The notes: a model not told the origin generated them from the sequence alone. 37,402 nt of DNA from a virus (IMGVR_UViG_3300032189_000003:1-37402), one strand, 5' to 3'. Positions 1-8,213 are shown, numbered from the stretch's first letter. Made by a program: numbers and translations.

Positions 1-798
1 CCAGGCTACAGGGGTGGCACAGGAATCCAGCAGTCGTTGCACAAAAAGGTCAAACTCTTCGGCACTGAACAGGTAGCCGTCTCCGTCTTCTGCCGGCTGC
101 CCTTCCTCAAACGCCATTTGGTGAATTTCGTCAGGCCCAGGCACGTCCACCGGCTCCTGCCTCTCCAGCTCCGCGACCCTGGCCAGGGCGGCGTCGCGCT
201 CTTTACGCATTTCATCCCAGTCCGCGAGTCGCTGCTCTGCCTGCTCTGCCCACGAATCGCGATCCGCCCGCAGCTCCCCGACGATGCGCTCGCACTCATC
301 AGTTCGGCTCATCGCAACAAGGGCGGCACCCGGCTCCGCCCACATCCATTCCCGCCCTGCAACCCCGCCTTCATGGCCGCGCTCCTTGAACGTGGCGAAC
401 GCTACCGGATCGGCATAGGCCACAACCTCCGGTCGCTCCGCCTCTGCCTGCTCGGCCTGCGCCGGGGAGGGTTGCGCCAGGGCGGCGCGGGCTTGATCCG
501 GCGTTACGAACCAGCCGCTGCCATCGCATTCGCGGCAGACCTCGCCGACACAGCCTTCTCCTGATCCGTCACATTCGGAACATGCGTAACCGGTTGCCGG
601 ATCAGTTTCATATCCGCAGGCGCAAAGGTCGCCGGGCATCAGATCGTGTTCACCGCAATCCGGGCATCGGGTCGCGCAGGGCTTTGCATCTGCTGCACGC
701 TCATCCCCGCCTGCCTGCTCTACCGCAGGATGTGCCGGGCACGGATGGACGAGGGAGCCGTCGCCAGAAGGGCAGGTGCATTCATTCGCTTTGTTCAT
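1..798 (-). CDS. Ead/Ea22-like mosaic early protein with Cys-rich Zn-finger insert (partial, runs off window)
   Basis: Absent from ORF track (no stop in window). Manual translation from ATG 798 (ATGA overlap with upstream stop): MNKANECTCPSGDGSLVHPCPAHP...CPDCGE...CSECDGSG...CRECDGSG...ERDAALARVAELERQEP..., open for 266 codons to base 1. Confidence 0.7.
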   Translation of the reverse strand, partial: MNKANECTCPSGDGSLVHPCPAHPAVEQAGGDERAADAKPCATRCPDCGEHDLMPGDLCACGYETDPATGYACSECDGSGEGCVGEVCRECDGSGWFVTPDQARAALAQPSPAQAEQAEAERPEVVAYADPVAFATFKERGHEGGVAGREWMWAEPGAALVAMSRTDECERIVGELRADRDSWAEQAEQRLADWDEMRKERDAALARVAELERQEPVDVPGPDEIHQMAFEEGQPAEDGDGYLFSAEEFDLFVQRLLDSCATPVAW

Positions 799-1001
799 GG
801 GAGCTTTCTCCAGGCCTCGGTTTCGAGGTCAGAAACGGTTATCAGTCGGCGCCGGCGCTCGATGTTTTCGAGTTGCAGGACATCGCCCAGGCTGTCGATG
901 ACGACCCAGTGAATGCCTGTTGGGAGGTGGATATATCGGGCTGGCGCGGGAGAGCAGAGGGCGTTTATGCGGCGGTATGCGGCGTTTTCGTCGAATGACA
1001 T
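795..1001 (-). CDS. Hypothetical phage protein (68 aa)
   Basis: Overlapping stop/start with downstream gene, GGAG upstream, operon direction. Confidence 0.7.
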   Translation of the reverse strand: MSFDENAAYRRINALCSPAPARYIHLPTGIHWVVIDSLGDVLQLENIERRRRLITVSDLETEAWRKLP

Positions 1002-1213
1002 GGCGGGCAGGCTCCGTAAGGTGGTGCCGTGTAGCAGTGCTCACCGCTGGCGCCCTGGTCTGCGTCGTTTGCGATCTCGTTCAGTTGTCGCGCGAGCTGG
1101 CGCAGTTGAGATGAGGAGAGCAGGGCGCCGAGGCGTGGGAGGCCGTTGACCTCGGCCAGGCGCTGGCCATCCTCGCCGTCGATGAACATGGCGGTCAGGT
1201 TGAGGGTGTGCAT
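965..1213 (-). CDS. Hypothetical phage protein (82 aa, MHTLNLTAMF...)
   Basis: GAGG RBS before ATG 1213; leftward operon. Confidence 0.65.
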   Translation of the reverse strand: MHTLNLTAMFIDGEDGQRLAEVNGLPRLGALLSSSQLRQLARQLNEIANDADQGASGEHCYTAPPYGACPPCHSTKTPHTAA

Positions 1214-1295
1214 GGCGTTTCCTCGGGAGGCCGGCACCGGATGCAGTTGCATTGCCCGATGCGGTGGCCTGTAGTGCGGCAGTAGATGGGGCGGT

Positions 1296-1946
1296 TCACG
1301 GCGTCACCCGCTTGAACTCGATGACCCAGACCCAGGGATTGGCGGTGAAAGCCTCTGGACCGTTGATCTCTCCCCAAAGGGAGCGGAACCAGAGCCAGGC
1401 ATCCAAGCCACTACCGCCGGTTTCGCATTCGCGCTCGGCGGGATATCCCTCGGCCCGTGCCTGCTCCTCGCTGATGTCCTGCAGGCGTTCTACGCGAACG
1501 GCGGTGAGCTCCAGCAGGATGCGGGAGGCCCAGCGGGGCATGTGGATACTTGGCTTCCATTTGCAGTGGAAGTAGCCGTCTGGATCGACGTATTCGTTGT
1601 CGTCGCCGCTGGCGCGATAGGCGCAGTGCCCTGGGTTCTGGAACTTCGTCATGTCCTTCCACCATGACTGGTTGGCGGCCTGCTCCTCATCGGAAATCAG
1701 CGGCCCTTGCCATGCTTCCCGCACCCACAGCCGGTCGCCTGGCTGGCCGTAAGGGCAGGCCCTGTCGATAACATGCTGCGGCTCGCGCTCCAGCACCAAG
1801 GCGCCCGGAGCGTAGATGTTTCCTAGATCAGGATGCTTGACAGGCTTTGCGATGCGTCGTGTCGCAGTCTTCCGGCCCTCAAGGATGGCGCGGACCATCT
1901 GGTCGTTGAACAGGATTGGCCGCTCCCGCGGCTTTTCTGCGGACAT
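1296..1946 (-). CDS. Phage ASCH/PUA-like protein
   Basis: ERPILFNDQMVRAILEGRKTATRR...CPYGQPGDRLWVRE...WKPSIHMPRWASRI...NPWVWVIEF family motifs. Confidence 0.8.
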   Translation of the reverse strand: MSAEKPRERPILFNDQMVRAILEGRKTATRRIAKPVKHPDLGNIYAPGALVLEREPQHVIDRACPYGQPGDRLWVREAWQGPLISDEEQAANQSWWKDMTKFQNPGHCAYRASGDDNEYVDPDGYFHCKWKPSIHMPRWASRILLELTAVRVERLQDISEEQARAEGYPAERECETGGSGLDAWLWFRSLWGEINGPEAFTANPWVWVIEFKRVTP

Positions 1947-1975
1947 AGGGAATACCTCTCGCCTGCTGGCGCTGA

Positions 1976-2509
1976 TCAGTTGGAAAGGGCTTGCTTGGCG
2001 ATCTGGAGCACGTCCATCCCAATGCCTCCGGTAGAGACGTCGGTGAGCGCTGCGATCTTCTCGAGGGCTTTACGTGCGGTTGCCAGTTGGTCCTCTGGGG
2101 ACTTGTAGGCGGGCATGCCTGCCAGGCGCCGGCACACGAACGGATCGTTGTCGCTTGGTATCGAGCAGCAGGTGAATTGGATTGCCCGGCACTTGCAGAC
2201 GAAATCAGGCTCCGGGATGGCCTCGGCGTCGACGACGTGCATGCCGAGTGTGATAGCGAGGTTGCGCTCGATGTTCGCGCCGCGGGATCGCTCCCACCCT
2301 GGAAGCAGGGCCAGGATGTCGCAGTCCATCAGCCGCTTGATCCCGTCGCGCATGAATGTCTCCCACGGCGATCCGCGGTAGACCATGTTGACCGCTGGGT
2401 TCTCGACGATATAGCCGAGGGCGCGGATCCGCTTCTCCTCGGCGTTGAACGCGGGGTAGTTGAAATCTGCGATGCCGGTCATGGGGCCGGACAAGTAGAC
2501 GCGGTGCAT
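1976..2509 (-). CDS. DUF4406 / nucleoside 2-deoxyribosyltransferase-like protein
   Basis: RVYLSGPMTG...NYPAF...ENPA...CDILALLPGWERSRGANIE motif; start at 2509 or GTG 2512. Confidence 0.8.
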   Translation of the reverse strand: MHRVYLSGPMTGIADFNYPAFNAEEKRIRALGYIVENPAVNMVYRGSPWETFMRDGIKRLMDCDILALLPGWERSRGANIERNLAITLGMHVVDAEAIPEPDFVCKCRAIQFTCCSIPSDNDPFVCRRLAGMPAYKSPEDQLATARKALEKIAALTDVSTGGIGMDVLQIAKQALSN

Positions 2510-2886
2510 CACGCTGCGGCCCTCCCTGGTTGGTGGCCGAACTGCTGCCACTCGACCTTATGCTTCCGCTTCTTGGTCAGAACAGGCGTGCCGTCTTCAT
2601 TCCAAAGCTGAACCTTGGCGCGGATCTGCATGTCTCAGCACTCCAGAGTCTTGCGTGCGAGTTCGATGAACTGGTGGCAAAAGTCCGGCGTATCCAAGAG
2701 CTGGCTCAATTGGACGACCTTTGTTCCGGTCATGATGGTGTCGGCCTTTCGTTCGACTGCTGCGAGCCATTCGCTCATCGGAACTTGCTCATCCCCGAGT
2801 GGGGTCTTGCGTACTGACTTCACTTCCTTCTTGGCCATGGCGAGCGCTACGTCTCGCGTCATGCCGAACACGGCAAAAGTGCTCAT
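2509..2886 (-). pseudogene. Hypothetical 125-codon gene interrupted by in-frame TGA at codon 84 (2635-2637)
   Basis: Frame stays open for 41 more codons (DMQIRAKVQLWNEDG...GRAAA) and ends at a TGA overlapping the next start (GTGATG). Confidence 0.6.
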
Positions 2887-2955
2887 GTGGTAATCCTCAG
2901 GACGAGTAGAGCCGCGCCGGCCGAGGGTGGCTAGCGTCGGTGATCTGGTGGTGGG

Positions 2956-3258
2956 TTACTGTTCGTCGTCGGCTACGGAGAGTCCTGCGGCGAGCAGTTG
3001 TCGCGACACGTTTTCGCTTGGCGTGTATTCGTGTCGCGACACGATGAGAAGAGGCAGGAGATCGGCATCGGGCAGGGCTGAGGCGTTGAGTAGCAGCGTC
3101 GAGAACGCTTCTCGCCAGTCCTCGAAATCGCCGACCGCCTGCAGGCGCTCGAACGCGGCGTCGATCGCCGGCGGGGATGGAAGCTTGCGCTCGGGGATGC
3201 CGGCCTGTCGCTGGCGCTGGCGCTTCTCCCGCTGGCGCTGGGCGTTGGTCTTGGCCAT
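2956..3258 (-). CDS. Hypothetical phage protein (100 aa, basic N-terminus, possible DNA binding)
   Basis: MAKTNAQRQREKRQRQR; TGATG coupling with upstream gene. Confidence 0.75.
   Translation of the reverse strand: MAKTNAQRQREKRQRQRQAGIPERKLPSPPAIDAAFERLQAVGDFEDWREAFSTLLLNASALPDADLLPLLIVSRHEYTPSENVSRQLLAAGLSVADDEQ
2999..3043 (-). repeat. Bipartite palindromic element, copy L: CGTGTCGCGACACG-N14-GAAAA-CGTGTCGCGACA
   Basis: Read directly; second copy at 9365-9405 with identical spacing. Confidence 0.75.
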
Positions 3259-3932
3259 CAGGCCACCTTCTTCGCCTTGAGCCCCAGGAAGTCGGGCAGG
3301 CCGGCGCGTCGTTCTTCGTGATCAGCGCGGCGCGGCATCACCCCGGCGAAGAAGTTCTTCAGGTGCTCATGGTCAGGGAATGTGCAGCGGATCATAGAGT
3401 TCGGATCTGCCTGTCGCAGTACGAGGTTCGGTGCGCTGCCCCGGTTGAATATCCTCACGACCCTCTCGAACGTTCCCAGGTACGCAGGATCTACCGCGGT
3501 GATCGGTGACCCCATCCCCTCGAGCGGAATCGGTCGCCGCCAGTCCGGATACTTGGCGCCCACCAGTTCGAGTTGCGCGCTGATCAGAGTGCCAGGATCG
3601 AACGGCGCGAACTGTTTCACGTCATCGGGAGCGGGCCAGTCGGAATCGGAGATCACCCCGGCGCGTTCGTAGATGAACGCCGTGCCAGCGTTGCGTTTCT
3701 TCAGGCCAGCGACCAGCGCCTTGCTCGGGCTGATGATGATCTTATTGCTAGCCCAACCGTCAGGGTCGTGCATGACTCCGATGTGGTGGCCGTTCGTTGC
3801 GATCAGTAGAACGCCTCCCTGAGCCGCCGGCTCGATGCTGATACCGTTGAGGTAGTAGCGGACATCGTTATGCGCCATGAACAGCGACACGGCGGCGAGG
3901 TAGTGGGCCTTTGCCCTGGCGAGTAGTTCCAT
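3258..3932 (-). CDS. Phage protein with DNA polymerase III beta-clamp-like domain (224 aa)
   Basis: DVRYYLNG...IATNGH...KYPDWRR...GVMP match DnaN central/C-terminal motifs; GGAG RBS before ATG 3932. Confidence 0.7.
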   Translation of the reverse strand: MELLARAKAHYLAAVSLFMAHNDVRYYLNGISIEPAAQGGVLLIATNGHHIGVMHDPDGWASNKIIISPSKALVAGLKKRNAGTAFIYERAGVISDSDWPAPDDVKQFAPFDPGTLISAQLELVGAKYPDWRRPIPLEGMGSPITAVDPAYLGTFERVVRIFNRGSAPNLVLRQADPNSMIRCTFPDHEHLKNFFAGVMPRRADHEERRAGLPDFLGLKAKKVA

Positions 3933-3945
3933 GGGGTATCTCCGG

Positions 3946-4158
3946 TCAGAAGATGTAGGAGTGTTGGTGGCTGGCGCTGGCGCTGGCGCTGGCGCGGTAG
4001 GAGGCAGTCCGAGGCTTCGCCTCTTGAGCTGTTGGCGCGGTGGCGGAGGGCGTCCTGGGAGGCTGTTGCCGGACTGCCGCGGGGAGCACGAACACAAGCA
4101 CGATGAAGCCCAGTGCTGCACCGATGCCACCGGTTCGAATTGCTCGACGTCTGGTCAC
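3946..4158 (-). CDS. Small membrane-anchored hypothetical protein with (AS)n repeat
   Basis: GTG overlapping upstream TGA; hydrophobic IGAALGFIVLVFVLPAAV; GCCAGC hexamer x4 near 3970-3993. Confidence 0.55.
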   Translation of the reverse strand: MTRRRAIRTGGIGAALGFIVLVFVLPAAVRQQPPRTPSATAPTAQEAKPRTASYRASASASASHQHSYIF

Positions 4159-4403
4159 TTGGCGGCCTGCTGGCGCTTCAAGTGCTCTGCGTATGCGCAT
4201 GCCTCGTTGTGGCTCCGGCGGAATCCGCGCACCGCGCCAGTGGCGGTCTCGATGATGTGGAAGAATCCGCGCCCCTGAGGAACAACTTGGTAGGGTTCCG
4301 CAACCGCTGGAGCCATGACCCGCTGAGCGAACGCCATGCGGGCGAGGGCGGTTTGGGAGAGCAGGCCGGTGAGAACTTCGGTTTGTTCCTGGTGCTTGAG
4401 CAT
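4155..4403 (-). CDS. Hypothetical phage protein (82 aa)
   Basis: AGGAG RBS, operon context. Confidence 0.75.
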   Translation of the reverse strand: MLKHQEQTEVLTGLLSQTALARMAFAQRVMAPAVAEPYQVVPQGRGFFHIIETATGAVRGFRRSHNEACAYAEHLKRQQAAK

Positions 4404-4413
4404 GATGGTTCTC

Positions 4414-4800
4414 CTACGCGTTGATGGTGATTTCTTCGATCCGGCGAATGGTGCGGGCTTCGGTGAGTCGTCGCTCGTTGCTCGGCCTGCGGGTCCTGTT
4501 CATGTGGTCGTCATCGATCAGCGGGTGGCCGGCGACGAGGAATGCGAGAACGATGACGGCCGGCGAGATGATTCCGCGACGGAACGCCTCAAGCACCAGT
4601 CCGCGCACGCTGCGCACGCCCATCTTGAATTTCGCGTCGTCGAGACGTTTCTCGACAGTCCCTGGGGCGATACCCATGCGCCGCGCGACTTCCTTTGCGG
4701 TCAGTTCGCTGGCGCTCCAGGCGGTAGCTTCGAGTTCGCGGGGGGCCAGGCCGAGGCCCTGGCGGCCGATCCATCCGCCGCAGTTGATGGTTGCGTGCAT
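4414..4800 (-). CDS. LuxR-type helix-turn-helix regulator (128 aa)
   Basis: LAPRELE...LTAKEVARRMGIAPGTVEKRLDDAKFKMG; AAGGA RBS before ATG 4800 (frame is open back to ATG 5106). Confidence 0.8.
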   Translation of the reverse strand: MHATINCGGWIGRQGLGLAPRELEATAWSASELTAKEVARRMGIAPGTVEKRLDDAKFKMGVRSVRGLVLEAFRRGIISPAVIVLAFLVAGHPLIDDDHMNRTRRPSNERRLTEARTIRRIEEITINA

Positions 4801-4877
4801 GGTTGATTCCTTGGCTGCATGGGTCAGCACTCGGCATTGCGTGGAGTGCTCGCGCATGAAGTCGAGAGAGGGGTGAA

Positions 4878-4973
4878 GCGGGGCGCCCACCGCCCCGCCT
4901 CTACTTACAAACCGCCTTATGGTTTGAAGCATTTTGGGCGGGACGCCTGGAGCCCGAACTCCGGACGCCCCGC
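4878..4973 (-). ncRNA. Candidate structured RNA element (three-way junction)
   Basis: 11-bp closing stem GCGGGGCGUCC/GGGCGCCCCGC enclosing a GGAG/CUCC hairpin and a long interrupted stem; paired by eye. Confidence 0.35.
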
Positions 4974-5109
4974 GGGTACATCGTTCTCGGCCTGCTGGCG
5001 CCGAGGCGCCCAGGTCAGGATCGGCGCTGGCGCTATCGAGCGCGCGCAGCGGTTCGGGCCGCTGGTCGTGAAGCACCAGGCCGATGAGGAATGGAAGGAT
5101 GAACATGGC

Positions 5110-5976
5110 TTACCCCTGGAGGGACTCTTTCGCCTGAGCGACGAGATCCATCAACCGCTCTACCCATGCCGAGCGAGTGGTGAGGGTGATCGATTCCGGC
5201 CCTTCGGCCAGGCCTGCGCGGAGTGCCGTAGGGAAGGCCTCGACGATATCGGTAGTGACCTTCAGTAGATCATCCAGAATGGCGCGCGGCACGGTCGGCT
5301 CGGCTACCGCTCTGGGGGTGACCTTTGTCCCTCCCGCTGCGATCACTTTGGCGAGCTGCTGGCCGAGCACCTGTCCGGCCTTCTCGCCGTGCTTCCTGAC
5401 AACCTTCGCTGCGGTCGTCGCCGCTACCGCGCCGGAACTGATCAACTGCTGAACATCGGTATTCGCGTTGCCTACGACCAACACCTGGTCGACGTGCTGA
5501 CGGGTGCGCCCCATCTTTTGGGCGATCTGTTCGACGGTCCATCCGAACGCAATGAGCCGCTTGTAGCCGTGTGCGAGCTCCAGAGGGGAGAGCTTGCGCC
5601 CCTCCTGACTGGTGATCACTCGAAGCACGCGCTCAGCATCGTTCCCGGCGAACCCAACGATGGGCACCCAGAACTCGCCGTTCGGGTCGCGCGGCAACCG
5701 GTTTTCAGCGTCGAGCTTGAGGTAAGCGCGCCGGCGGCGGTGTCCGTCGACAACCCACATGCCGCCTTCTTCGCGGGGCCGCACTTCAAGGGCCGGAACG
5801 ATGCCGCCCTGGTGCAGGTAGTCGGCCAGATCCGCGATGCTCTGCTCGAGGTCTTCGCCCTCGGCGCGCAGGTTGAAACCGGGTTCTTCGTGAAGGTCTT
5901 CGAGGCGAGCCTTCATCGCATCCGCGCGCTTCAGGTCGCCGTCCTTGATCATCTGCTTGAACGATTTGGCCGCCAT
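5110..5976 (-). CDS. ParB/Srx N-terminal domain protein with HTH (288 aa)
   Basis: GFNLR...WVVDGHRRRRA ParB motif, HTH GWTVEQIAQKMGRTRQHV; GGAGG RBS before ATG 5976. Confidence 0.85.
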   Translation of the reverse strand: MAAKSFKQMIKDGDLKRADAMKARLEDLHEEPGFNLRAEGEDLEQSIADLADYLHQGGIVPALEVRPREEGGMWVVDGHRRRRAYLKLDAENRLPRDPNGEFWVPIVGFAGNDAERVLRVITSQEGRKLSPLELAHGYKRLIAFGWTVEQIAQKMGRTRQHVDQVLVVGNANTDVQQLISSGAVAATTAAKVVRKHGEKAGQVLGQQLAKVIAAGGTKVTPRAVAEPTVPRAILDDLLKVTTDIVEAFPTALRAGLAEGPESITLTTRSAWVERLMDLVAQAKESLQG

Positions 5977-6214
5977 GAGGCCTCCGTCTGTTGTGATTGC
6001 GTGGTGGCTGTATGGGGGAGTGGTCTGGCCGGTGCTGATCTCCGTGCTCGCTGCTGTTTTCCGGGAAGACCCCGTAAGGTTTGCAGTGCCACTGCCGGGG
6101 CAGCGCCTCAGCCTGCGCATTTCAGACCACTCTCCGATACAGCCCTGGAGGAGCCGTGACGAACCTCCAGGGGATCGGGCCTGCGTTGGGGATCCCGGCA
6201 GGCGCGGGTGGTGA

Positions 6215-6481
6215 CTACTTGTCGTATTTCTCGCCGCAGAATGGGCAGTAGGAGGCGCGCAGGAAGCTTTTCTGCTTCACGTTTTTCATGCCTCCCGACT
6301 TTTTTGGTGCCTGATACTGGATCTCCACCGGGCAGGCAGCTCGATGGTTTACCCCTTCGCTTCCGCCGAGGCTGAACACATAGCCTTGAAGCTCAACACT
6401 CAATCCGGTTGCGCCAGTTGGGAGCTGCTGCTGTACGTGTTCCCTCAGTCGCTGTTCCGACTCACTGTGACAGTTGCACAT
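6215..6481 (-). CDS. Hypothetical Zn-binding protein (MCNC...YCPFCG)
   Basis: Terminal Cys pairs, GAGGG RBS. Confidence 0.75.
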   Translation of the reverse strand: MCNCHSESEQRLREHVQQQLPTGATGLSVELQGYVFSLGGSEGVNHRAACPVEIQYQAPKKSGGMKNVKQKSFLRASYCPFCGEKYDK

Positions 6482-6553
6482 GTCGCCCTCTCGTCTTGCT
6501 TATCGCTGGGTGTGTTTGGTCTGTTGATGCCCTGCTACCGGCAGGGCGGCGGG

Positions 6554-6829
6554 TTATAGGTCGGCCCAGCCTTGGGTTGCTGGATCGATTGCCGGCGCCT
6601 GCTGCTTCAGCAGTTGGTCGGCGTACACGCGGGTTTCTTCCCAGGTGTCCGCATCGGCGAAGACGTGGCGCTTGTACTCGCCAGAAGTGACGCCGACGTA
6701 GCGAACAAGCGCGCCGTAGTCGCGGCAGATTTCCCGGCCGTCAGCGGCCAGCATCAGGTTGACGCAGCAGTACATGGCGCCGACTTCCAGCGGGTTGCGG
6801 TCAATGTCCAGAATCTGTTCAGTTGCCAT
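6554..6829 (-). CDS. Hypothetical accessory protein (91 aa)
   Basis: GAGGGCAAGACG-ATG start element, flanked by hairpins. Confidence 0.75.
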   Translation of the reverse strand: MATEQILDIDRNPLEVGAMYCCVNLMLAADGREICRDYGALVRYVGVTSGEYKRHVFADADTWEETRVYADQLLKQQAPAIDPATQGWADL

Positions 6830-6872
6830 CGTCTTGCCCTCGGTGATGCCCCGGCGAACCGGGGCGGGGTGG

Positions 6873-7124
6873 TTAAGCGGCCAAACGTTTAATGCCTGGG
6901 TAAAAGCGGCTCAGGGCATCGATACGGCAGAGCGAAAAGGGCAGGCGGACGCATTTCTGCCAATGCCCGCACCAGAAGGAATGGAAGAACGGGCCGACAT
7001 GTTCTGCATACCAGCGTTCGGCGTACTCGTTTTCAAGAGCCGCAGCCGCTTGGTAGTGGGTCGTTTCTTCAAGCACTTCATTGGTCCAAATGTTGATTAC
7101 AGCCCAAACGTTTTGCGCTTCCAT
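6873..7124 (-). CDS. Hypothetical accessory protein (83 aa), first gene of pL operon
   Basis: Same GAGGGCAAGACG-ATG start element; AT-richer than neighbours. Confidence 0.7.
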   Translation of the reverse strand: MEAQNVWAVINIWTNEVLEETTHYQAAAALENEYAERWYAEHVGPFFHSFWCGHWQKCVRLPFSLCRIDALSRFYPGIKRLAA

Positions 7125-7306
7125 CGTCTTGCCCTCCAGGGCGTGTTGACTTCCCGTCTGGCCCTCGGTGGAGGGCCAGCCAGTGAAATCGGTGTTTCTC
7201 GCAAACCCTCACGCCGGTAGCCGGTGGTGAGCGCATTGCGCATTTCGTACCGTCCAACGGAACTCAATAGCCGGATCAACTCGGCGCCCGTTGGCTCGTC
7301 TTCAGG

Positions 7307-7319
7307 TTGTTAAGGAGCG
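7307..7319 (-). promoter_or_regulatory. boxA-like antitermination element CGCTCCTTAACAA in pL leader
   Basis: One mismatch to boxA consensus CGCTCTTTAACA, about 45 nt after predicted pL +1, followed by hairpins. Confidence 0.55.
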
Positions 7320-7369
7320 GTCGGCTCGGTGGCCTGGGCCAGCGATGCATTGCTGTGCCGTTGAGGTGA

Positions 7370-7421
7370 AATTTAGAAAACTAAACAAGCTTGGTCAAGC
7401 TGTATTTTTAGAAATCTAAAC
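7370..7421 (-). promoter_or_regulatory. pL promoter with two repressor operators (7371-7386, 7406-7421)
   Basis: TTGACC(7398-7393)-17 bp-TAAATT(7375-7370); TTTAG-N4-CTAAAC palindromes shared with oR. Confidence 0.8.
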
Positions 7422-7441
7422 TTTTAAGGTGAGCGAGCACG

Positions 7442-7465
7442 AAAAAGCCCGCTCTAGGCGGGCTT
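7442..7465 (-). terminator. Rho-independent terminator after cI
   Basis: AAGCCCGC-CTAGA-GCGGGCTTTTT. Confidence 0.8.
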
Positions 7466-7490
7466 GGTAGTGGTCAGTAGGGGATGTGGA

Positions 7491-8213
7491 TTACTTGAAG
7501 GCACCGCGGTTGCGGACTGTCGACCACCAGAATACCCAGCCGATAATGCTGATGTGGTTGTCTCGAACCTGCTCCGGCCCGTAATCCTCATCCGCGTGCT
7601 CGTCTCGGTTGAAGCTACGCAGGCGAAGACCGCCCCCAGGAAGGCGGTATAGGTATTTCACCCGCAGCATTCCGTCATGCTCCAGGGCGTAGACCTCTCC
7701 ATCTACGATCTTGGTGGTCGCCCTGTCGATCCCGATAGTCGCACCGTTCATGATCAGGGGTTCCATGCTATTCCCGGTGATACGGGCGCACACGGCGGAG
7801 CCAGGATCAACACCAGCCGCCCTGAGGGTGGCATAGGAAAACCGTAGTTTGCGCCCCGGCATCTCCTGTACTGCGGTTCGACCGGAGCCAGCCGCCAATT
7901 CAACTTCCTTGTAGAGCGGCAATTCCACCTCGTCATCGTCAAGCGGCGTCGCATCATCCCAAGGTGAAAGATCACCAATCATGATGGCGTCGGCCTGGCT
8001 AGCCGCGCGCTTCGGTTCCACTCCTGAAATCAGCCACTCAGGCGAGCACTCCAATTCGCGAGCGACAGCCATTAGGTTTTCGCCCTTGATGAGATTCGTC
8101 CCGTTCATCCAGAACGTGACGGTTCCCTTCGATACGCCAACGCGGTTCGCCAGATCTGATTGGCTGATTCGCAAGGCCTTGAGCCGTGCTCTGAGTCTGT
8201 CTTTGAGTTCCAT
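7491..8213 (-). CDS. cI: CI-like repressor (HTH + S24 autopeptidase), probably leaderless mRNA
   Basis: HTH SQSDLANRVGVSKGTVTFW; A-G site ELAAGSG, GNSMEP and RVKYL catalytic motifs; -10 TAGAAT (8226-8221) lies 7 nt before ATG. Confidence 0.93.
   Translation of the reverse strand: MELKDRLRARLKALRISQSDLANRVGVSKGTVTFWMNGTNLIKGENLMAVARELECSPEWLISGVEPKRAASQADAIMIGDLSPWDDATPLDDDEVELPLYKEVELAAGSGRTAVQEMPGRKLRFSYATLRAAGVDPGSAVCARITGNSMEPLIMNGATIGIDRATTKIVDGEVYALEHDGMLRVKYLYRLPGGGLRLRSFNRDEHADEDYGPEQVRDNHISIIGWVFWWSTVRNRGAFK

Noticed and set aside
6-564. Track ORFs 6-299(-) and 37-564(+)
   Set aside because: Alternative frames of the real minus-strand ORF starting at 798.
7544-7560. Possible self-target of the mini-array spacer in cI (TAATGCTG...)
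   Set aside because: Only 7 nt match and preceded by GA rather than the CC PAM.
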